From contig CM022670.1 of NCBI GenBank assembly GCA_012295275.1, positions 9,424,001 to 9,488,000 of the forward strand: a stretch of 64,000 nucleotides of DNA. The letters run 5' to 3'. The notes under the pieces are model-generated. The model made no database searches. It was not told the origin of the DNA and saw nothing but the letters and a program-made list of their open reading frames with translations. The position numbers and the translations under genes are program-made. Shown here one piece after another: positions 52,978 to 64,000 of this stretch (position 1 is its first letter; each line of letters begins with the position of its first letter). Source of the DNA: Chrysomallon squamiferum. Taxonomy: Eukaryota; Animalia; Mollusca.

Positions 52978-55606
52978 ATGTTGAGACTGTTAGCATTAAG
53001 AGCAATCGGCGATGATAGTCCGCTAGTTCTATATCGTGCAGAAACTACTCGAAGGGTTTACGGACTAGAACTCAGTAAATATACTGATTTTCAGAGAGTC
53101 CACAAAGGACCAGTTGGAACATTAGATATCGACTTGGTCGAAGGAAGATAGTATGTGATTATGTCAGTTTAATCATTCGTAATTTTGAAGTATTATCTGG
53201 ATTGATATTATACTAGTATAGATTACTATAGGTTAAAACCATAAATATGATCCTGAGTATGAAAATTCTCACAACACACTTTAATTTAATAAATATTTGA
53301 TAATAAAATTATTCATTTATTGAGTTAGTGAATTACTATACTATACTATAATACTGAATACATTGTCACATGATTGTGCAATGATACATGTTTATAACTT
53401 TTATTATATGTAAATACTCTTAAAATAGTAACAATCTTACAAAGATACATTTAGTGATTTATTTTAAATATATACATTTTTTATGATAGGCTGACTTGCT
53501 ACTAAAATTAACATACTTGATTTTTTTATATATATGTATTATTTTATTACTTTTACACAGGACTTTAATTATATTTCTTTCAGTCTTCTTTCTGGAGCAG
53601 CTAATGGCAATGTGGCCATACATGATCTGGAGGATTTCTCTGGAGACTTCAAGTATACCTACAAACATGTTTGTGGAATCAATCAAGATAACAGACATGC
53701 ACATAAATATAGTGTCTCAACAGTTCAGTGGTATCCAATGGACTCAGGACTTTTTACAACCAGTGGATCCGACAAAGTATTAAAAATATGGGACACAAAT
53801 AGATTAATTGTAAGTGAAAAAAAAAGTGGACAAAAATAATAGATAAATAGTAATATTAACAAAGAACATGGTGTTTTTTGTTTTGTTTTTAATATTTGGC
53901 TTATTATTCATTTATAGTTGCAGACTGTTTCTTCAAGTAGTATATTTAGCACTAGATTATCAGTAATTTTTTTCAAAAGGAGTAATGATAAACATCTTGT
54001 TCATTTTAAAAGTAATACATATCTGTTGACATTCCAGAATATCTTTTAAATTATTATTTACATTCATTATAGTGGTTTTTCTTATATACATTATAATTTA
54101 ATGAAATGTGGGTTGAATAATGTAGTTGTAACATAAAATCTAGAAATTTAGATGCCTGCATTCTGGTTTGTAGTGCATTCATACTCTAATGATTTATTTT
54201 TTCATTTTGCAGCCAGCAGATGAATATCAGTTTACTAGTATTATTTATTCTCACAACATGTCGCCAGTAGCAACAAATCATTCACTTCTGGCTGTTGGAG
54301 GTGCTCGCTCCACTCTCAAGCTTGTTGATTTACGAGCAGGTGCAGCTTCTCACATGTTGAAAGGACACAAATCTTCAGTCTTATGTGTCAAATGGTCAAC
54401 AAAGGATGAATTCATTCTGGCTTCTGGCAGGTAAAAACTGTTTCAAGATCAAATCTATCCAAAGTTGAAGAGAAGAATGTGTCTCAGAGACAGACAATTT
54501 CCCAGACAGTCACAGGTTCCTTCTCATCAATAATAAGAAATTCTTGTTTCAGTTTTTGTCTTATAGATTTATAATTATATTGAGACAGCTCATGCATTTG
54601 TGTCATAATTAATTTATGAAGCAATGAAGATACTTTATTTCTTTCTTTATTTCACCACACAGAATAATTTTTATTAGTGCTAATTGTATGACACCAAGTT
54701 TGCCATTAATTAAATGAGAATGATGACATTTTCAGTGCTGATAATCGCGTTTTGATGTGGGATATTCGAAAAGCAAAAGGAAGCTTGATGTCTCTTGACC
54801 AGTATAGCAGAGAATCAACCACAGGCAAAACTGAAGGTAAATAAAAAATTCCAAAAACATTTTAACGCTCCTTTTTTTTTTAACAAACTGAATGCAGGTC
54901 TGTATTTAAAGGATTACTGTTACTAATTTGTAATTATATGACCTGAAAGGATAGGTAACTTGTTATCCATTCTTAATGTCACTTCCGTTTAAAAAAATTT
55001 AACAGTTACAATGAATTTTTAATCTTGCATTATATTTTTGAAACTGATAATTACATTTTTAGTTTATATTTTATATGTATAGAAAAATAAATGAATTTAT
55101 TTACTAATTCTCTTTCAGCAACCACAGCACACAATGGTCATGTGAATGGAATGTGTTTTACTGCAGACGGTTTGTTTTTACTTACATTTGGAACAGACGA
55201 CACACTTCGGTTGTGGAACACATCCACTGGTAAAAACACCATGGTCAATTATGGGTCAATTACTAATGACAGCAGAAAAACTATTCAGATAGCAGTTTCG
55301 CAGGACGGGTGTCCTGATGTTGTGATTGTACCAAATCAGAGTAACATAGAGATTTTAGATCTTCATTCGGGAATGCATATAAACACATTGAGAGGCCATT
55401 ATAGTCAAGTTAATTGTTGTGTTTTTCACCGTGACAAGCATGAAGTTTACAGTGGTGGCAATGATAGAAATATTCTTATTTGGTTGCCAGAGACAGCTAC
55501 AGATTATGACGAGTATTTGAAAGCAGAACGCCAGTGTAAAAACAGAACTAAGTTTGTCAGCAGAATTGCAGCCACAGCTGATTCATGGAGCAGTGATGAA
55601 GATTAA
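52978..55606 (+). CDS. ERCC8: DNA excision repair protein ERCC8 (CSA), WD40 repeats, 5 exons
   Basis: Exons 52978-53150, 53584-53809, 54213-54430, 54736-54836, 55119-55606. Motifs RAETTRRVYGLELS, LDIDLVEGRYLLSG, HKYSVSTVQWYPMDSGLF, AHNGHVNG, MVNYG, C-terminal DSWSSDED. Confidence 0.95.
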
Positions 55607-55710
55607 TATTTAAAAAAAAAAAAAGATTAAATTATTTGTTTTTAAAATAAAATGTGTTTGTTGTCCATTTCAATACTGCAGGTTTAGTAACAATGTGAAG
55701 TATTATAAGT

Positions 55711-55750
<40 letters not shown>

Positions 55751-57403
55751 TTTCTAATAATATTTGTTTTGTTTCTAAACTGTTACACTAATCATTTATA
55801 CTAATGATTTTAGCAAAACACTGCTGAATCAACATTAAAATAAAAATAATAAATAATAATAAAAAAAATATATTAGCCACGTATCTATAAAACAAATTCA
55901 CTTTGAAAAAAACAAAAACAACATACAATTGTAATTATTTTACATTTATTTCACAATTATAAAGAAATGACAATGGGGGAAAAGATGACATAAAATGAAG
56001 TATTGTAACAGATAATGAGAGATGAGTAACAAGACTATCACTTTTTAAGGTGATGCTCTATAACAAATATGAAAAGGTGATGCTATTAAACATCTCTCTC
56101 CTCTAAGTACACTAACTGTATGTAAGACATTATCTGTGTAAATCTGTTCATTAAAATGAACTATTAAAATAATGCAGATGTAAAACTTTCTTCAACACCA
56201 TCACTGGGAAGTATATGCAGACTCTGAAGACTTGTGTTTTCAAATATCAGCAATACCAGAACAGGCTACCTAGGAAAAGTCACTGTAGAACATTAACCAG
56301 AAGACATTCACTTTTTATTTAACTGAATACCCAAAACTGAAGAAAATAACTAACACAGGTGAAAGTACCTTTCAGCAAAGGTTATTTTAATTATTCAGAA
56401 AAATATTTATTCCACCATTCCTCCTATTTACTAACAACAAAATATGAAATATGAACCTAAGCACTTTTAATATTGTAAGAATCAGACTGAGGTAGGGATG
56501 GCCTTGGTTTGTTTATACCTAACTTTTGAGGAGAAACGAAATTTATATCTGCTTATTCATTTGTAATTATAATTATGATAAAAGAAAAATAATCTGCTGT
56601 TTACTTGAGTTTTAAACTAGGTTACTTTCACAGGGTGTTAGCATCCTTTATAAAACTAATATGACGACAACATAAACAATCTTTATTATAGCTCAGAACT
56701 GTCTGTACGTAAGCTATAGCATAACAAACAGAATAAAACATGAACACAAATCACTTAAGCGTTTTACTCAGCTGACAACTGAAGTTGAAATAATACACAC
56801 ATTCTGACATTATTTACAGTCATATTAAAGCTCACTTTACATTATGTCAGAGGGAAAACAAGAATGTCCTTTTCTATTTTAACTGCTGTGTAATATGTTT
56901 AGTTTTGTTTTGTTATTGTATTGATATAAAAGGAATCTAATATTTTGGTCACTTTCTAGTCAGTGAACTCTTGTATTCTGATACTTGTAGAATATTGTTT
57001 TTATGCCTAATGTGTTCTATAAGATTTTGTTTATATTACCAAGTTGGTTACAGCCAAGAATTAAGTATTTAGACACCTACGTGTATTGTCTGTTTTGTTT
57101 AAATGCCATGTAAATATATAAATGCAGCCTGCTGCTATTTTTGTTTTCAAAGTTACAAAATGTTTCATTTTTGTCTGTATAAGTAACAGTATAAAAAATG
57201 ACAGTAATATCCATAATTAAATGCAGCCTGCTGCCTTTGTTCTCTGAACAATAATCAATCACAATATGTAGTTTGTGTTTTCACTCCAAACTAATGTACA
57301 CTTTGTTTTTGTGTGTAACTTATGTTTATGTTTGTATGTTAAGTGTTCTTTATCTACAAACAACTCTACTGAGCACTGATATTCTTGGACTCGTTTTTGT
57401 CTC

Positions 57404-58991
57404 TTAAGAAACATCCAGGAATCCATCACCATTTTCTTTATCATTATCTTTGTCACCGTCATAGAATTCATTGTCAGGCTCGATTCTGTTGATGAAAAGA
57501 GAAGAAAAATGTTTAATTATATACTTAACATTATAACTTACTCTAAAAGTATCTCTAAATTTTACACATTCTTATTAAAATAAATTAATATTAATTTGCT
57601 TTCTATGAAGAGTATGAATGAAGATTCATTTTTCAATGTCTGTAAATTAAAAATAAAATAACTAAAACATACTATCAGAATTTCCATATAATCATATTTC
57701 AAAAGCCTGACAGTTTATACTTTTTATATTAATTAATTGTTTATTAAAAGGTCATCATAGATATTTCTGGTGTGAAAGAATATAAATTAATTAAAAAATT
57801 TCTACCTTTTGTCAAGATCGTCCTGATGATTACGTAGATCTGGATCAAGGTCTTCATCATTTTCCAAATTCAGTAGATCAGACGGGATATCCTGCATCTG
57901 AACACTGGGAGAATGAATCAGACATTTCAAATTCTCATTTATTGTCTGTCGAATCTGATCCAGGTACTAGATGAAAATAAACAGAATAATAATCCATTAT
58001 TACCGCAGAAATAAAATTAAAAATACACTTTATTATACACATAGATTTGTGAACAAAACACACAGTGTTAATCTTAAACATGCTGACAGCATCACAAATG
58101 CTGTTAAATCATAATATATTATCAGTTTAACACACACAATACCTATACAGGAGTACATAAATTCTGATTATATACATTACTAATATGTTTGAGAGTGCAT
58201 ACATGTTATACTTGAACTACTGACATTTATAAATTTCTATATGAGAAAAACAATTATGAAATTAACAACTGGCAGTAAGTAACAGTTATATCATTTTTTT
58301 CAAACTATTACAAATAAATACATTAATTAAAAAGTAGAAAATACCTGTTTTGTATTGAGATTTTCATGTTTTGTTGAGATGTCAGGGTGTAATGAAAAAT
58401 CTGGGGCAAAATATTCCAAGTATTCTGAAAGAAACAAGATACAGCTATTTGTGCATACCAGTTTAACAAAATAACAAACACACTACTGAAAGGATAAAGT
58501 AAGAAATAATTAATTAACTTTTTTTCATAAACGGAAATGACAACATCTCGTCTTTTAAGACAATTAGTGATCAAGAACATTTAACAATAAATAAATGTAA
58601 AATTTTGTTAACTTTCCATCATTCACAGTTATTTTTCCTTTAACCCTATCTAAAAAACAACAACAAGCAAACAGACACACTGAGATGAAAGACAGTGATA
58701 ATTTATAACTGAAAATCACCATTGTATGGCAGTTCATTGCTCAGCTCATCATCAAGTAAAACTGATGTCTCGTATGTCCAGCACCGGGCAACATTTCTCT
58801 TTGTGTATCCTCCACCACCTAGAACCAGCATCGGTATATTGTACTTCTTTACCTCCTTCACACAGTCCCTGAAGATGTTAATAAAACATCAGAAAATATC
58901 AGTTAAAAGAAATACCACCTTGGTTTTTTAGGTGATGTGATTTTTTCTTCTATTCTTAATATTTTGGGGATTAAACAAATATAACAAAAAA

Positions 58992-59030
<39 letters not shown>

Positions 59031-59581
59031 CATCAATAAATAATAATTTGATGTATTTATAAAGTTTTTATCGAATGTACAGATTTTTTATTTAACTTAC
59101 CCATGACCTTTGATGCTGAGATTGAAACATCCTAGTCTGTCACTTCCCAGAGAATCAGCTCCACACTATTTTATAAAAAAAATAAAACAAAAAATAAATC
59201 AGTAATACATATCAAACATTTTGATTAACACTATTAACATGTTAAAGTTTTTCTGTTGATATGTTCTGTTAACCACAGCTGTTTCAAATATTTAGAATAA
59301 CAAGTAAAAGTCACAAACAATGTATCAGCTTATTTTATTTTAAAATAAAACGTAACAGTATATATTGACACTGCATAGCAATTTCAAAAAGTAACAAGAC
59401 TATTTCACTCAGTATTAATAATTTTAATGTAATAAGTAATATTTATCCATTATTCAACACTGAGGTGTACACATACCTGCAGCACTACACAAGTTGGCTG
59501 GTAAAACTCCATCACTGACTGAACAATCGGCTTGAACACTTGCATGTAAGCTAAAATAAAGAGTAACAGTAACAAATGTTA

Positions 59582-59616
<35 letters not shown>

Positions 59617-62508
59617 TTTTAAAAGTTAGATATATGCTGAAAACATAATTAAGAATTATTTTAAACTCATCACCAAAACTCTGGATCTTTGTTTTTATTA
59701 CTTTCATAAATACAGTTTAGCCAGGTTTTTCAATTCATTTAGAAGAATCTTGAAATAAACTGTGTGTTCATTAAAAATGGTTTATGTAACAGGATGAAAA
59801 AATGAACTCACTTGCGTCATCGATGCCTTCCTTCAGTGGTATATTCAAAGAGTAGTAACGTCCACTTTCTGCTCCCAACTCATACATATCACCTATCATA
59901 ACATATAAATTATTAAAGTTTCACACAATGATACCATAATAAGTTTATGAGTATTTCTCAATTCAACAAACAAATCTGGTAATATTAACTATTAACAAAT
60001 GCTGAAAATGTGAAGACACATTTTTGTCAATAAAAACACATTATGAGTGAAAATATTATAAGAGAAAGGATAAAATAAAAATAGAAATACAATCTAAAAA
60101 TCACTGCAGTAATAAAAATATCATGAAGAAAAGAAAAGAAAAAAAAAACAGAATTGACATATTATTATTCACACATTTCCAATTCTGAATTTATAAAAAA
60201 TAAGAAAGAATATAAATCAGAATTTGTTTTTGGATATTTTCCATAATGTTATCTTATATATGGGTTGGCATGACCATATCAGCTGTAATGAAGATGACTT
60301 AACTTACCTGTGCCAGGGAAAAAGAAGTTTCCATACTTATGGAAGGAACATGTCATGACTCTGTCTGTCAGGTAGAAGGCTTCCTGTACCCCGTCACCAT
60401 GGTGAATATCTATGTCTAAATACAACACTCGTGCATTGTATCTATCAAAAATAGGTAAATACGAACTCCGTGTAAGTGAACTTTTCAAAGCATTTAACTG
60501 TTGTCAAATATTCAGACAACAAAAATCACTTTTTGACCAATGATGTTAAGAAGCTGTTTGCAAAAAGCATACAAACACCATCTACCATCCAGAAACATAA
60601 ACATGATTAATATATACTTTACTTGCATTTTTTACGTACATAACAAATACATACATATTATGGAATTTTTCTCTCATATGCTTAATTTCTGGTTTCTCAA
60701 ATTCTGTTGATTATACATGGAGGCTAAATTAAAAATGATATACATGAAACCATTTTATAAATTTTATGTGGTAATAAAAAAAATACTCTTTGGTGATTTT
60801 AAAATTAAAATTTCAACTACTTAAGATATACAAAGTTAATTTCAGGCTTACTTCAGAAGCTCCAATATAGATATCACTATATCATTTACATAGCAAAATC
60901 CAGATGCCTGAAAAAAAAAAAAAAAAACAACATCATATATAATTATATAGAAGAATGTATTAAAAGTCTGCAAAAACAGAAGCATTCAACTTTAAATATC
61001 TGTTATGTTTTTAATCACTAATTAAATTCAACTTAATACATTTATATACTACTTAAAGATACAGAAATAAAATAAAAGATAATTTATATAAGAAATGTTT
61101 TCATTTATATTATTATTATTTTTATCTTACCTCATATTTTTTAGCATGATGCAATCCTCCAGACCAGTTCACAGCAATGTCACAATGCTAAAATGAACAG
61201 CAAAAAATCTTTCAGCAACAAAATATATAACAAATTTATTCATTTATACACCAGAAGAATGAAACATTCTAAAACAGTAAAATCAACAGTTACCTCATTT
61301 CTTTATTTTTTTCTCACATAAAGATATTAATATTCATTTTTGTTTTAAAATTATCTTGTAATATGTCAGATAAGCAATTATACTTACAGCATTGTTAAGT
61401 TTGACAGCTCCCTCTAATGAAGCACCAGTGTACATAGCACAGAAATCAAACAGACCATCAAATACTGGACTGAAAATAAAATGATTAAATTAAATCTAAT
61501 TAAATTAGTCTATAATAGCCTGTGATAAAAAAAAAAAACATAGTACTTAAGAAAAAAATTAAAATTAAAATAAAGCATATGAAGAAAGAAATTATATTTG
61601 TGTCTGACAATTAGAAATGATTTGACTATCAAATTACAAAATATCTTTGTTTCATAAAATAATCTTAGAGTCCAGATATTCTGTTTTTTGTTGGTTTTTT
61701 TCTCACATTCATACTTACCAGTCTTCTCCTACATTAAAGAGGCTAAGTGACTTGGTGAATCCCTGTTGATTCTGAGGAGTGACTCTTCTCAAAAAATCAA
61801 TGTACTCCTCTGAGTGGAACCTGCACATATCATGAAATGTCGCCCGATATGGTCGATACACCTGAAACACAACAAACATTTTGTTTATTTTAATAATAAT
61901 ATCTTTAATAGAGAAAGTTAAAAAATGAATGAGATACAAAACAAAATTTAACACAATGTCTGAAAATGTGGTTAGTAAAAGTTATCAATTTAAAGAATCA
62001 GTTATCTAAAATACTGTTATATCCAATGAAAATTTACTTTTTAAGTACTATCAGTCATAAATACACATTCCTAGAGCTTGGAATCACTGCAAGTAACACT
62101 GCTTGTTTATTCGATTAATTAAAGATAAATATTATCATCTTACAAAAATTTATTGTCAATCATTATAAGCATTTTACACCCACTTGAAGATTTAACCGAT
62201 ACTGATCTTGATCCTACAGATCAAGTTGTTGTTGATGCATCTGATTTAAATTAGAAACAAAATAATGTTTAGTGTTCTTGTATTTCCCCATTTAGCTCTA
62301 AGCTGAAGCCAACAACAGGATGCAGCCAGTATTTATAGATCTTAAATTTAATGATTAACCACCAAGTTTCGTTAATTAAGAAATTACAGAGAATTAATAT
62401 AATTTAAAAAGTTATACTCAATTACCTTCATCTTCTTATATAAGCCATAATTAAGCACCAGTGCATGAGTAAGAGCAATTCTGTATGGTTTCATAGGATG
62501 TCCAGGTC
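57404..62508 (-). CDS. HDAC3: Histone deacetylase 3, 5'-partial (first coding exon not found in window)
   Basis: Exons give [118 protein letters not shown] and the HDAC3-type tail [11 protein letters not shown]; stop at 57406-57404. Confidence 0.95.
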
Positions 62509-62705
62509 CTGCAATATTAACACAAACACTTATGCTTATAGTTATAGCACAATTTATTAACTGTTCATTCAGGGATTACATTATATTCTATGATTTTATA
62601 TTAACAGCAAACCTTCTTGAAATTTATATTTACATACTGAAAAATTAAAAAAAATAATAATAATACAAATTACCTTATCATAGTAATTACTACAAAAAGC
62701 CTACA

Positions 62706-62741
<36 letters not shown>

Positions 62742-63595
62742 TTAAATTTAATGGCTAATAAAAAGACTAATAAAAGAGTATAAATATAAAGTACCATCAA
62801 AGTTATAACTTTTGTCTTTATTGTGATATTATTTTCTATACATGAAAATGTGAGAAAATGAACAAAACAAATAATAAACAACAATAATTTATTGATTAAA
62901 TCACTGTAGTTGATTTATTTCTTAATTTATCACGTGTGCGTGCATGTTTGTGTGCGTGTGTGTGTAAGTGTATGCATGTGAGTGTGTTTGTGTATTTTTC
63001 AGTCAGTATGTGTTTATGCAGACATAGGAGTGTTTGGAATGCACTGTGGGTGTGATGATATGAAAACAGATGAGTATGAGTGCATGGCTGTGCATATTTG
63101 CACTGAATTGTTCTAGAATCAAGTCAGAATCACACTGGCACATATTCAAAACAAGGTGATGTGTACGTAAACATAAATTGGGTCAGTAACACTCAACAGC
63201 TTATGTGAACTCTGTTTGACACCAAAATCTATAAATACACTGACCTAAATAACTGTATTGTATGCTACTGTTATAAATTTATATGATACGCAGTTTTACA
63301 ACCTGATCAGAGTAATACAAAAAAAAAATGTGTTAGTATCAAAATCAACTTGAAACTTTTATTTATTATTGTTATTATTTTTTTTTTTTAGAATCTTACA
63401 TCCATTTCCAGATTTGTAGATATGTATTTTCATCAGAAAACTATGCTGACCTTTTCATGTTTGGCAAATTAATATGTCCGTCCTTTGTTAATGATGTAAT
63501 GTGTTGCAGAAATAATGCTTCTGAATGAGAACATGGGATTTAAATAATAATATTAATAATGATAATAATGTAAATTGTTATCTTTCATAGTCTTC

Positions 63596-63654
<59 letters not shown>

Positions 63655-64000
63655 TTTACCAGTCTTGTTATGATGTAATTTTAGTACAAGGTCACTTTAC
63701 TGGGGTTTTTTAATAATATATTATGGAATATACGTCTAGAAATATAAGAAAATTTCTACAATTTTATGTTTTATAATAACTGTTATTAATGTTGTTGTTA
63801 TTAGTGTGTAATAAATTGTATGTGTTTGTGTATTTCATTACTTATACAGTCCAAAATAGTAATTTTAACAGAAATCATCTAAATACATGCTTGGGGACTT
63901 TAACATATTCAATTCTTTTACATCAGAAATACCCCCTTCCCATCGCATCCCCCCAAGGAATAAAACTAAAATATTATTTTGCGCAATAAAACACTATAAA

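Noticed and set aside
62674-62700. 27-nt exon-like segment in the HDAC3 first intron (ag|...aag|gtaatt) that would add a stop
   Set aside because: Weak acceptor next to an ATT microsatellite; no support for a poison exon without RNA data.
63400-63450. Candidate HDAC3 first exon
   Set aside because: Does not encode the expected YFYDxDVGNFHY and would create TGA on splicing; true exon 1 is probably beyond 64000.

Overview
AT-rich, intron-dense animal genomic DNA with CpG-poor gene bodies and CpG-rich promoter patches. Degenerate MetaSINE-like repeats suggest a mollusc, probably a gastropod (inference). Gene order, spliced by hand: 5' end of an unidentified minus-strand gene (promoter ~9.2 kb, ATG 2536, running off the left edge); a ~6-kb apparently non-coding gap; a C4orf33/UPF0462 homolog with a signal peptide (+, 15464-18739); a ZNF451-like C2H2 zinc-finger/PIN-domain gene (-, 20423-27315); a possible small orphan gene or pseudogene (+, ~28.4-28.9 kb); nardilysin (+, ~32 coding exons, 31209-47895); RCL1 (-, 48338-52626) with a U12-type intron, head-to-head with ERCC8/CSA (+, 52978-55606); and HDAC3 (-, 57404-62508, first coding exon not found in the window). 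The most unusual element is an upstream nardilysin exon encoding MPCCCCWKKK followed by ~34 prolines, a candidate palmitoylated membrane anchor plus rigid stalk, hidden by a 1-nt frameshift in a C7 run. No prokaryotic-type system (CRISPR, operon) is present. Gene identities rest on recalled motifs and were not database-searched.
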